In this document: positions 1 to 8,733 of the stretch, piece by piece
Layout of the letters: each line of letters opens with the position of its first letter
Position numbering within the stretch: the stretch's first letter is position 1
DNA from: an uncultured Verrucomicrobiae bacterium
GTDB taxonomy: Bacteria; Verrucomicrobiota; Verrucomicrobiia; Limisphaerales; Palsa-1400
DNA length: 64,000 nucleotides
Assembly (NCBI GenBank): GCA_963702845.1
Contig: OY969763.1
Span: 2,816,001-2,880,000 of the forward strand
Reading direction: 5' to 3'
The notes under the pieces: model-generated
Databases searched by the model: none
The model's input: only the letters and a program-made list of their open reading frames with translations
What the model was told of the DNA's origin: nothing
Program-made: the position numbers and the translations under genes

Positions 1-207
1 CGAGTAAGCCGGAATTGAAACGGTTTATGCGCTCGCTCCAGTCGTATTTGCTGGACCAGTTTTTGACCGTGGGCAATTGCTCGCCGTGTTTGTCGGCGAC
101 GGCTTGCAGAGTACGGCGGTGGCCGAGGCGAAAGTAGGTCGTGAAAGCGTTGAAGGCACGTGGGGTTTCGCCGGGGGAACGGGAAAAGGTTGGTTGACAA
201 CCGACAT
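1..207 (-). CDS. Partial HTH protein resembling phage small-terminase-like DNA-binding proteins (runs off window; probable indel near start)
   Basis: Frame missing from the ORF track reads ...SPGETPRAFNAFTTYFRLGHRRTLQAVADKHGEQLPTVKNWSSKYDWSERINRFNSGLL. The ATG at 207 (MSVVNQPF) is in a neighbouring frame. Confidence 0.45.
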
Positions 208-269
208 GTGTGTCGGGGCTCGCTCCGCTCGGCGTTGAGGGTTGAGGGGCATCTTGTCCATTTCGGATT

Positions 270-296
270 TCCACCTTCGCCGAGGCTACGGCGGAC
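270..296. repeat. REP-like short palindrome (related copy in opposite orientation at about 1089-1116)
   Basis: tccaccttcgccgaggctacggcggac versus cgccatagccttcggcgacggcgga. Confidence 0.5.
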
Positions 297-441
297 GGGT
301 CGGATTGCGGATTGCGAATTGAATCGGGACCAGTTTCTAACATCGATGGCGTATTTGCTGTGTCGGGTGTCGCACAAACTGTTGTTGAGACCGTGTTGGA
401 ATCATTGGAGGTATTCATATTTTTGAAAAACCCTACCAAAG

Positions 442-468
442 TCACTTGGACAAAGACGGTCCAAGTGA
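442..468. promoter_or_regulatory. Palindromic operator-like site TCACTTGGAC-N7-GTCCAAGTGA
   Basis: Perfect 10-bp inverted repeat; identical arms at 23566-23592. Confidence 0.6.
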
Positions 469-587
469 AAATTTTTTGAACAAAAAAGAAGAATTGGCGC
501 AAACGTCTTAAACGCAGGCGGTAATGCACTGAATACGAGTTAAAACATCAACCAAGCGATCGAATTCTTTGACCGTAACCGCCGCGT

Positions 588-760
588 CCGCTGGTGACGA
601 CTCACTAGCGTGGCCGGTATGGCGCAGCTTTACGTTTCCAAGGTGAAATACTTCTTGGCGGCAGGTTACCGGGAAGGAAACCGCAAGGGTGTGTTGCAGA
701 AATTCCCGGAAAATCCCACAAAGAATGTGTAAATGTGTAGGACTGACACTGGACATAGGG
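588..760 (+). repeat. Block shared (inverted) with about 37400-37612
   Basis: ccgctggtgacgactcactagcg-ggccggtatggcgcag-tt-acgtttccaa-gtg-aatactt and the downstream tgtgtaaat...gac-gacac are present in both copies. Confidence 0.75.
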
Positions 761-999
761 ATAATATGATTGTATGCGATGAAGACCTCCCACTCCAACG
801 AGACCACAGCACACACTGGGACGGTGTTTGCTATCTCGGAGATTGTCCTCGGTTTGGCCATGCTGCGTGGCATTGCCCCTTTGGTGGATTTCGCATTTCC
901 CCAGGCGACATCCAAGAGTCCAACGGAGGTTGATGAGACTAAAGCGCAAGATCAACAATAGGGTATCCCAAATGGGCGAGATCAACATTTGGACTAACC

Positions 1000-1078
1000 A
1001 GCAGCTTCCGCTGCAAAATAACCCGTGACTTCGTCGCCACCAGATATCGCAACGCATCCGCCGCATCATCGCCTCCAA
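1000..1078 (-). pseudogene. 3' fragment of a phage terminase large subunit-like gene
   Basis: GGDDAADALRYLVATKSRVILQRKL matches the D-x-x-DALRY C-terminal nuclease motif of TerL; no upstream gene body. Confidence 0.55.
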
Positions 1079-1117
1079 ACCTCCCTTGTCGCGCCATAGC
1101 CTTCGGCGACGGCGGAC

Positions 1118-1229
1118 CGCCAGAGATTTCCAACCTCTGCACTCCGCTCTCTTTTCCAGAAGAGCCCCCTATAAAACCCTTGTTCGCAAATAAAGAAATG
1201 CGAACAATTGTCGCATATCAATTTTGGGC
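1118..1229 (+). repeat. Leader/attI-like block type 2 (copy at 36965-37080)
   Basis: cgccagagattt...ctctttt-cagaag...taaaacccttgttc...ATGCGA-N7-TCGCAT followed by a degenerate core TTTGGGC and an ATG. Confidence 0.65.
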
Positions 1230-1430
1230 ATGACTCACAACCTTCATTCTCTCTTTGCGGTCTACATGGCAATACCGCCTGACGGCAAGCTCTCAGACAA
1301 AACGCCCGGCTGGGCAGTTGTCATGGGCGGCATCGGGTGCGTCGTTACACTCGTGCTCATGTGTGCATTGATCCAAAAGACGCGAAGGGATAAACGGCGC
1401 CAGAAGCACTCCTGGACGCGTCGACAATGA
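1230..1430 (+). CDS. Small single-TM hypothetical protein
   Basis: ATG directly after the leader; hydrophobic stretch followed by a basic tail. Confidence 0.45.
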   Translation: MTHNLHSLFAVYMAIPPDGKLSDKTPGWAVVMGGIGCVVTLVLMCALIQKTRRDKRRQKHSWTRRQ

Positions 1431-1621
1431 CAGAGCCTTGTCATCGTACCTAGCTCACACCCCCCACAACTTCCCCTGAATAATCACGCGCGGCTTCGTC
1501 GTGACCAGATGCCGCAGCTTGCAAAAAATCGGCAGCTATAGAGAAACTCAATTTAAAAATTGAGGACAGCAACGTTTTGCCTTATTGACACGCGCCCTAA
1601 TGGGTGACACCACATCGAAGA

Positions 1622-4507
1622 TTAGGCGAACGCGCGGTCAAGAATCTCTTTTTCTTCCTTCTTATGGACGCGCGGAGAACCGGTCGCGGGGCTCGGCGAT
1701 GCCGGTCGCGAGATGCTGCGGAACGGAACATTTCGAAGCTTTTCACCGACAAGGATGCGCATGTAACGGGAAGCTCCCATGTTTTCAGGCTCTTCCTGGA
1801 CCCAGAAAAATTCAGTCGCTTGAGCATATTGAGCCAGGCCGTCGTTCAAACGTTCGATATCGAGCGGGTAAAGCTGCTCGATTCGCACGACCGCGATGTC
1901 ATCGCGTTTGAGTTTTTGGCGCTGCGTTTCGAGTTCGTAATAAATTCGGCCAGCGCAGAGAAGAATGCGCCGGGCACCGGGATTTTGCGGCGCGATGATC
2001 CGTTGGAATTTGCCGGTCGCGCAGTCGTCGAGAGATGAAACGGCCCGTGTATCGCGCAATAAACCTTTTGGCGTAAAAACAATCAACGGCTTGCGCCATT
2101 GCCGTATCAGTTGCCGGCGCAAACAATGGAAGCACTGCGCGGGAGTCGTCGGATAGACGACCTGCATATTGTCTTGAGCGCACAATGCTAAAAAGCGTTC
2201 GAGCCGCGCGCTGCTGTGTTCCGGCCCCTGCCCTTCAAATCCGTGCGGGAGCAAAAGCACCACGCCGCTGAGGCGGCTCCATTTGTCCTCGGCGCTGGCG
2301 ATGAATTGATCGATGAAGACTTGCGCTGCATTGACGAAATCGCCGAACTGCGCTTCCCAACATACCAGGCCGTCAGGGCAATCGAGGCTGTAACCATAAT
2401 CGAAGCCGAGGACCCCGTTCTCTGACAACGGGCTGTTGATAATCTCAACAGGCGCTTGCTGCGGGCCGAGGTGGCGCAATGGAATATACGGATGGCCATC
2501 TTTGTAGTCGTAGAAAATCGCGTGTCGTTGACTGAACGTGCCGCGCCCGCTGTCCTGACCACTGAGGCGCACTCGAAAACCTTCCGTGCTGAGACTGGCG
2601 AACGCGAGAGCTTCGGCGGTTGACCAATCCAACGGTTGTTCACCGCGTGCCATCTTGCGACGTGCTTCCAGTAATTTAGTGATCTTGGGGTGCGGATTAA
2701 AGTCCTTTGGCAACTCGGTTTGCTTTAGCAAAAGCTGTGAAAGCGTTGCGCGATCGACGCCGGTTGAAACGTTCGACCGTGCAAGTGCATTGGACGAAAC
2801 GGGCGGAAGTTGCTCCGCATTGCGTTCGGACCCGCCGAGGTATTGGCCGCGGCTCCAGACACCAGGTATCTTTTCGACAGGCGTTTGAAACCGTTCGTCA
2901 CGGGCCTCGCTCAGCATTTGTTCCAGTGCTTCGCGACGACGGTGCGCGATGGCATCAGCGTCCTCGCGCGTCACACCTTTGAGCGCGAGCAAATGTTCCA
3001 GATACCCTTCGCGGACCGACTTGCGATCTTCGATTGCCCGGTATAGGACCGGCTGAGTGAACGATGGTTCGTCGCTCTCGTTGTGACCGAGCCGACGATA
3101 ACCATACATATCGATAACCACGTCGCGCTTGAACTCGTTTCGAAAATCCATCGCGAGCCGCACGACCTGCGCAACGGCTTCGGGGTCTTCACCGTTCACG
3201 TGGAAAATCGGGATTTGCAACATGCGCGCGACATCGGTGGAGTAAGTCGTCGAACGGCCCTCGTCGGGAGACGTGGTGAATCCGATTTGATTATTCACGA
3301 CCACATGCAACGTGCCGTGCACTGTGTAACCGGGCAGTTGGCTCATGTTGAGCGTCTCTTGAATGATCCCCTGCCCTGCGAAACTGGCGTCGCCGTGAAT
3401 CAACATGCCCATGCAATGTTCGCCTTGCGTATCGTTCGTGCGATCCTGCTTGGCACGAACACGCCCGAGCACCACTGGATTGACGAACTCGAGATGACTC
3501 GGATTGAAGCAAAGCGAGAGATGAATCCTGGCCCCGGATGAGGTCGTCCATTCGTTGCTGTAGCCCAGATGGTATTTCACGTCACCGTGGCCTACCGGCA
3601 ATTTTGAATCATCGGCGAACTCGCGGAAAATTTGTCGCGGACTTTTGCCAATAATATTTGCGAGAACATTGAGCCGACCGCGATGAGCCATGCCGAAGAC
3701 GATCTCCTTGATGCCTTGAGTCGCGGCTTTCTCGATGGCGAGGTCCAGCAGCGGTATCAAGCTTTCGCAGCCTTCGAGTGAAAAACTTTTTGCGCCAACA
3801 AATTTTTTACGAATGAATTCCTCGAACGTCACTGCATCGGTTAGTCGCGTGAAAATGCGCAGTTGTTCATCGCGGGTGAGTTGAATGCGATTGCGGGATG
3901 TTTCCATCCTGCGCTGCAACCAACGACGCACATCGAGGTCGTCGATGTGCATGAACTGGACGCCAATCGAACGGCAATAGGTATCGCGCATTAACGCGAT
4001 GATCTCGCGCACCGCCATCGGCTTGTCGATTTGCAGCACAACCGACGTCACCGACGTGTTCAGCTCTTCTTCGGTGAACTTGTAAAACTCAGGCTGGAGT
4101 TCCGCCGGAACCGCCGGTTGGATTCCCAATGGATTCACTCGCGCGATGCGATGACCGCGCACCCGGTAATTGCGCACGAGCTGATTGACGCGATCCTGCA
4201 AGCCGGTCGCAGCGCTCGTCGCTTCGCCTCGCCGCTCTGCTGTCGCCGAAAATAATCCGCGTGGCTTGAACGATGGCCCGAGTTGCGACGCGACACGAGC
4301 GTCGCCGTTTACGAGGTTGTCGAAATATTCCTGCCACTCAGGACTGAGCGACCCGGGATCCCGCGCGTAATCGGCATACAACTCCTCGATGAATGGCAGA
4401 TTACTGAACGTTGCGACATCGAGTGACTCCGCGTGCCTGCCCGGAGCAAGTTGAACAGGAGCATCCTTCACCACATCCAAATCTACCCCGCCACAGTGCC
4501 ATGTCAA
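1622..4507 (-). CDS. sucA: 2-oxoglutarate dehydrogenase E1 (start uncertain, possibly about 4471)
   Basis: GMAHRGRLN, GDVKYHLG, NPSHLE, HGDASFAGQG, RGTFSQRH, WEAQFGDF, GPEHSSARLERFL. Confidence 0.97.
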   Translation of the reverse strand: MTWHCGGVDLDVVKDAPVQLAPGRHAESLDVATFSNLPFIEELYADYARDPGSLSPEWQEYFDNLVNGDARVASQLGPSFKPRGLFSATAERRGEATSAATGLQDRVNQLVRNYRVRGHRIARVNPLGIQPAVPAELQPEFYKFTEEELNTSVTSVVLQIDKPMAVREIIALMRDTYCRSIGVQFMHIDDLDVRRWLQRRMETSRNRIQLTRDEQLRIFTRLTDAVTFEEFIRKKFVGAKSFSLEGCESLIPLLDLAIEKAATQGIKEIVFGMAHRGRLNVLANIIGKSPRQIFREFADDSKLPVGHGDVKYHLGYSNEWTTSSGARIHLSLCFNPSHLEFVNPVVLGRVRAKQDRTNDTQGEHCMGMLIHGDASFAGQGIIQETLNMSQLPGYTVHGTLHVVVNNQIGFTTSPDEGRSTTYSTDVARMLQIPIFHVNGEDPEAVAQVVRLAMDFRNEFKRDVVIDMYGYRRLGHNESDEPSFTQPVLYRAIEDRKSVREGYLEHLLALKGVTREDADAIAHRRREALEQMLSEARDERFQTPVEKIPGVWSRGQYLGGSERNAEQLPPVSSNALARSNVSTGVDRATLSQLLLKQTELPKDFNPHPKITKLLEARRKMARGEQPLDWSTAEALAFASLSTEGFRVRLSGQDSGRGTFSQRHAIFYDYKDGHPYIPLRHLGPQQAPVEIINSPLSENGVLGFDYGYSLDCPDGLVCWEAQFGDFVNAAQVFIDQFIASAEDKWSRLSGVVLLLPHGFEGQGPEHSSARLERFLALCAQDNMQVVYPTTPAQCFHCLRRQLIRQWRKPLIVFTPKGLLRDTRAVSSLDDCATGKFQRIIAPQNPGARRILLCAGRIYYELETQRQKLKRDDIAVVRIEQLYPLDIERLNDGLAQYAQATEFFWVQEEPENMGASRYMRILVGEKLRNVPFRSISRPASPSPATGSPRVHKKEEKEILDRAFA

Positions 4508-4515
4508 AAAGCCGG

Positions 4516-5787
4516 CTATTCCTGAATCCCAAAAACCATGCGCCGCAACAAATCAAAGGCCTGTTGCGAGACTGCATATTTGAACGTCTCGCGATCGAAC
4601 GGATAAAATTGCCGCTGCACAATCGTGCCGCCCTCTCCGGCCACGGCGATGTAAACGGTTCCAACCGGTTTCTGCGGTGTGCCGCCTGAGGGGCCGGCGA
4701 TTCCTGTTACTGCGATCGCATAATTCGTTCGTGCGCTTCGGCGCGCACCATCGGCCATCTCGCGCACCACGTGTTCGCTGACTGCCCCATATGTATCGAG
4801 CGCTTCTGCGCTCACACCTAACAGGTCCCGTTTCGATTGATTGCTGTAAGTAATCATCCCGCTCATTAAGACCGCCGAAGCTCCTGGAACATTCGTCAGC
4901 CGATTACAAATCAAACCGCCCGTACATGACTCAGCAACAGCAAGTGTCATTTTTCGATCGCTCAAAAGCTGCACAACGGACTGCTCGATCGTCTCTTCAC
5001 CGACACTGTAAACGTGCGGTCCTAAAAGTAGTTTCACAATCGACTCAGCGCGGGCAACCAAGGCTTCGGCACCTTCACCATGAGCAACGAAGCGCACCGT
5101 GACCAATCCGATGCGCGCACAATAGCCAAGCTCCAAACCTTCTTTCACCAGCGGCGCGAGCGGCGCGTCGATTTTCTCTTCCACCAATGACTCGCCCAGT
5201 CCGGTGGTATTCAGGGTGCGACAAATGAATTTTTTCGTCGGAAACTCACGAGCTAAAAACGGCACGACATCCTCATCAAACATCGGCCGCAATTCGCGTG
5301 GCGGTCCTGGTAACAAAACCAACCAACTCTTCCCTTCGCCGGCGCGCAATCGATTTGGGTTCACTTCCAAAGCGAGTCCCGGGGCAGTGCCATGATTGTT
5401 ATAAAGAACAGCTGCGCCTTCCGGAATTTGCGCCTGACGTTTAGCGTTTTCGGGAATAGGACGTTTCCTCAGCGCGAAATACTTCTCCATGCGCGCGATG
5501 ACTTTGTCATCCACCACGAGCTTTTTGCCGATCAACCCGGCAATCAAATCACGCGTAATGTCGTCGGACGTCGGCCCAAGGCCACCAGTTGTAATCACCA
5601 GATCAGCCCGTCCAAGCGCCTCGCGTACCGCTTCGATGATCTGCTTCCCTTCATCCGCGACCGCTGTTTGACGTGCCACGATATAACCGAGGTCGGTCAG
5701 TCGCCGGCAAAGCCATTGCTGATGGGTGTTCAAGATACCGCCCAGCATCAGTTCGGTTCCCGTGTTGATAATTTCGGTACGGTACAT
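4516..5787 (-). CDS. cinA: Competence/damage-inducible protein A (MoCF-like domain plus PncC domain)
   Basis: GTELMLG, TGGLGPTSDDITR, GTAPG, LPGPPRE, AESCTGG, GAVS, TGIAGPSGG. Confidence 0.95.
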   Translation of the reverse strand: MYRTEIINTGTELMLGGILNTHQQWLCRRLTDLGYIVARQTAVADEGKQIIEAVREALGRADLVITTGGLGPTSDDITRDLIAGLIGKKLVVDDKVIARMEKYFALRKRPIPENAKRQAQIPEGAAVLYNNHGTAPGLALEVNPNRLRAGEGKSWLVLLPGPPRELRPMFDEDVVPFLAREFPTKKFICRTLNTTGLGESLVEEKIDAPLAPLVKEGLELGYCARIGLVTVRFVAHGEGAEALVARAESIVKLLLGPHVYSVGEETIEQSVVQLLSDRKMTLAVAESCTGGLICNRLTNVPGASAVLMSGMITYSNQSKRDLLGVSAEALDTYGAVSEHVVREMADGARRSARTNYAIAVTGIAGPSGGTPQKPVGTVYIAVAGEGGTIVQRQFYPFDRETFKYAVSQQAFDLLRRMVFGIQE

Positions 5788-5790
5788 GTC

Positions 5791-6429
5791 TTACTTTTGT
5801 CGTTTTGTTTGAAGCACCAAGCTCTCCGGCAGTGCAATTAGCTCCGAGTTGCTGGCATTGGGTCTCCACACAATGCGACTGTCGGCTAATATGCGCACAA
5901 CGACACCAACAGTCGAAACGCGCAATGTTTTTACGTTGTCACCAGCTTTAAGCGAGGCCGATTCACATAGACTTTCGATGATCTGTCGCATCGCATCGCC
6001 ATCGAGAACGCCGGCTACGTAGTGTGCAATCGCAGAAGCGACTTCGCGCCGACGCACCACCGGCAGCTCAGCAAAAAGGTAATCGGCAATGGTGCGTGCG
6101 ATATCCGCGAAGGTATTGCCGTTGAAAAAGAGAAAAGGCGCGTTTCGATGGCACGTGCGAAAATACTCCAGGAGTTCCGCTAGTGTGAACTCTTGTGCCC
6201 GGCGGGTTTCCCACTCTTCGCTGACTTTTGCAAAGCTTTCTGAATTCTTGCCGTGCTGCGCTCCACCTCTTGCGCACGCTGCTCGGTTGAGGCCGACGAC
6301 AGACTCCCAGTCCCAGTTTTGGAGAAAAGCGGCTCGGGTTTGTAACGGCTGTTGTTCGCCAGCACTTCCTTGAGCGCTTCCTTTGGCGTGGCGTATTTCA
6401 ACAGGTCCACTCGCACCTTCATCATCCAT
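5791..6429 (-). CDS. Degenerate Fic/Doc-like protein with C-terminal KOW/SH3-like domain
   Basis: CHRNAPFLFFNGNTF resembles the HxFxxGNGR motif; C-terminus LKAGDNVKTLRVSTVGVVVRI. Confidence 0.5.
   Translation of the reverse strand: MDDEGASGPVEIRHAKGSAQGSAGEQQPLQTRAAFLQNWDWESVVGLNRAACARGGAQHGKNSESFAKVSEEWETRRAQEFTLAELLEYFRTCHRNAPFLFFNGNTFADIARTIADYLFAELPVVRRREVASAIAHYVAGVLDGDAMRQIIESLCESASLKAGDNVKTLRVSTVGVVVRILADSRIVWRPNASNSELIALPESLVLQTKRQK
6180..6425 (-). CDS. Small basic protein nested in another frame of the Fic-like gene
   Basis: 81-aa ORF; the two starts overlap in ATGGATGATG. Confidence 0.35.
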   Translation of the reverse strand: MMKVRVDLLKYATPKEALKEVLANNSRYKPEPLFSKTGTGSLSSASTEQRAQEVERSTARIQKALQKSAKSGKPAGHKSSH

Positions 6430-6550
6430 AATGTGCCTTTTTATCGTATCGGTCGCAAGGCGGTTCTTGCATCACACCAGTCAACTATAACGCCGAAGCT
6501 TTGCGCAACAACTCTTGAACCTCCGTCGTTCTGACCTATAGTATCGGCCC

Positions 6551-7033
6551 ATGGCTGAAGACGCGAAATCCAGGGCTAAAAAACGGTTCGTTGATTTTCT
6601 GCAAACGAAAAATCTTCGTCTGACCTCACAACGTCAGGCGATTGTGGATTCGGTTTTCAGCACGGAAGAACATTTCACCGCGGAACAACTTCTCAAGTGG
6701 TCCCGCAAACGTGACAAAACAGTGTCACGCGCCACCGTGTATCGGACTCTTCCCCTGCTCACCGAAAGCAGTTTGGTTCATGAAATGGATTTCGGAGGGG
6801 ATCACAAATTCTACGATCCCAACTACGCCGAGCATCCGCACCATAACCATATCGTTTGCGAGAACTGCGATAAGATTGTGGAGTTTGACAGCGCACAGAT
6901 CGAAAAGCTTGAAGATGAAATGGCGCAGAAGCTCGGCTTTTCGGTAAAGACCCACCGTCTACAAATCACGGGTTCGTGCGAACAACTCAAACGCTCGGGA
7001 TCCTGCAAGCGCAAGAGCACCACTTGTAAGTAG
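6551..7033 (+). CDS. fur: Fur-family transcriptional regulator
   Basis: LRLTSQR, HFTAEQL, SRATVYRTL, HHNHIVCENC. Confidence 0.93.
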   Translation: MAEDAKSRAKKRFVDFLQTKNLRLTSQRQAIVDSVFSTEEHFTAEQLLKWSRKRDKTVSRATVYRTLPLLTESSLVHEMDFGGDHKFYDPNYAEHPHHNHIVCENCDKIVEFDSAQIEKLEDEMAQKLGFSVKTHRLQITGSCEQLKRSGSCKRKSTTCK

Positions 7034-7035
7034 AG

Positions 7036-7347
7036 TTATTTTTTCTTCGTTGGCATCTCCGCCTGCCCGTCGCGCAGCTTCTGCGTGAATTCAAGAACTC
7101 GATCGAAATCAGCCGATTTCAGCTTCGACTTACGCCGCATCTTCACCATCCACTTGTCCCAGTCGGCCTGAGAGTAATTTGCCGGCGGGTAAAACTCGTG
7201 GCACTTGGCGCAGTTGCGCACGTAGATTTTACCGCCATCGGTTTCGTTGCCCCCGCTGCGCGTCGAAGCGAAATGGTCTGCTGCTGGCGCGCATGAGGCG
7301 ACCAGCAGCAGACTCAACACCAAAACTGTTTTGATGATCTGCATCAA
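7036..7347 (-). CDS. Small lipoprotein c-type cytochrome
   Basis: Lipobox-like LVASC and CAKCH heme motif; WDKWMVKM supplies a candidate axial Met. Confidence 0.85.
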   Translation of the reverse strand: MMQIIKTVLVLSLLLVASCAPAADHFASTRSGGNETDGGKIYVRNCAKCHEFYPPANYSQADWDKWMVKMRRKSKLKSADFDRVLEFTQKLRDGQAEMPTKKK

Positions 7348-8153
7348 AAGTTAAATCCAAAAATCAACCGTGCATTCAAACGTTCATGGGCTTCCAGTTC
7401 CAAATTCGGATTATTGTCCGGGCTATCCGGAAAATTATTGCCGAAAACCTGCGGCATAACACTCAAGGTAGCCCACCAACGGTCCGCGCGATAGGCGACG
7501 ACTGGTCCCATATAAAAAGCGTTATTGTCCCACACTTTCCATTCTTCCAGTTCCGCGTTGTCGCGGAATTCGAAACCGACCGCCCAATGCTTCCCGATTA
7601 ACCGCGCCAGGCCGAAGCTCAATTCCGTTTCGCCTTCCGAAGTATGGAAGTGATCCTTCCATTCAGCCTCCTCCGTCAGGTTTAACGCCCACTTCCACTG
7701 ACCATGACGCTGGCCGAGAATGATTTTCCCTTCGATCTCGCCTTCGCTATCGGAAATGCGCGGCTCAAGATACAGCGTCAACCCTACCGGATGATCGGCC
7801 TGGTTCCAAACCTGGTAACGGTTCTCCAGCGAAAATCCGTCCCAACGAAAACCGGAATGCTGATTGCCGTTCGCAGGATCACGAAAACTTTGCTGGTGCG
7901 AATTATAGTACAATTCCGTGGTCCAATTATCGGTGACACCGTATTCGATGGAATCGCGGAATTCCCATTGGCGAAAGTCTTTTTGGCCGACGTTGTCGTT
8001 GCGGCCGGCGCGGGCAGTCACCCACTGTTCAAATTCCCACCCGCCCTTGGGCATGGTTTCAGGTTCGTAGGTGTAGGTGAAAAGACGTTCGTTCGCGGAG
8101 GCGCTGAGCAGGCTTGCTGTCAGGATCGCCAGTGTTGCTATGGTTGATTTCAT
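7344..8153 (-). CDS. Outer-membrane beta-barrel protein (DUF6662-like)
   Basis: Signal peptide, ERLFTYTYEPETMPKG, EYGVTD, alternating beta strands, C-terminal F. Confidence 0.7.
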   Translation of the reverse strand: MKSTIATLAILTASLLSASANERLFTYTYEPETMPKGGWEFEQWVTARAGRNDNVGQKDFRQWEFRDSIEYGVTDNWTTELYYNSHQQSFRDPANGNQHSGFRWDGFSLENRYQVWNQADHPVGLTLYLEPRISDSEGEIEGKIILGQRHGQWKWALNLTEEAEWKDHFHTSEGETELSFGLARLIGKHWAVGFEFRDNAELEEWKVWDNNAFYMGPVVAYRADRWWATLSVMPQVFGNNFPDSPDNNPNLELEAHERLNARLIFGFNF

Positions 8154-8168
8154 GTTCAGTTGTTCTTA

Positions 8169-8213
8169 TTGAGACTCAATCTCAAGAGCGAGTCTATTGA
8201 GACTCAGTCTCAG
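8169..8213. promoter_or_regulatory. Two tandem Fur-box-like palindromes TTGAGA-N5-TCTCA(A/G)
   Basis: TTGAGACTCAATCTCAA (8169-8185) and TTGAGACTCAGTCTCAG (8197-8213), just upstream of the barrel-cytochrome operon. Confidence 0.7.
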
Positions 8214-8272
8214 TGTCAAAGAACAACTGTTTACATTTTTTGTGAAAGCCTGAACAAATTTTGGGGCGCCCT

Positions 8273-8584
8273 TTAAATTCCCAACAAGGCATCTGCCTGA
8301 GTGCGGATTTCGTTCTCCGCTTTGCTCTTCCAGGGCAGCGCAGCGAATGGGAAATCGATCTGGACGTCGAGGTTGTGATTGTCGACTTCCAGCCGGCCCT
8401 GGACGAGAAAACCGACGGCGCGAAAACTGTAGCTGCCTACGTTTTCGACCCACGTTTCCTTCAAATCGCTGACGCCACCAACCTGCGGGCGCGCCTGCGC
8501 GATGAATCCAATAATCCTCTTCTTGGCCTCTTCTGCTTCAAGGCCGTGCGAGATCGATAAGCTAATCCTCGGCATGGCGCCCAC
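8273..8584 (-). CDS. Polyhydroxyalkanoic acid system (PHA_gran_rgn) family protein
   Basis: ISHGLEAEEAKKRI...W...F...GRLEV...PFAALPWKSKAENEI. Confidence 0.75.
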   Translation of the reverse strand: MGAMPRISLSISHGLEAEEAKKRIIGFIAQARPQVGGVSDLKETWVENVGSYSFRAVGFLVQGRLEVDNHNLDVQIDFPFAALPWKSKAENEIRTQADALLGI

Positions 8585-8733
8585 TATAGCAGAAAACCCT
8601 GATTTCGCCAGTTTCCGGCAACCTTCAATACCTTAAACGCCCTACAGTTTGCTGCCGACCATGTTACGAACGTAGACCCCTCAATAATCCTTCCCATTCT
8701 TTTGCGACCTCATCATAGTCAGACAGCATCCAA

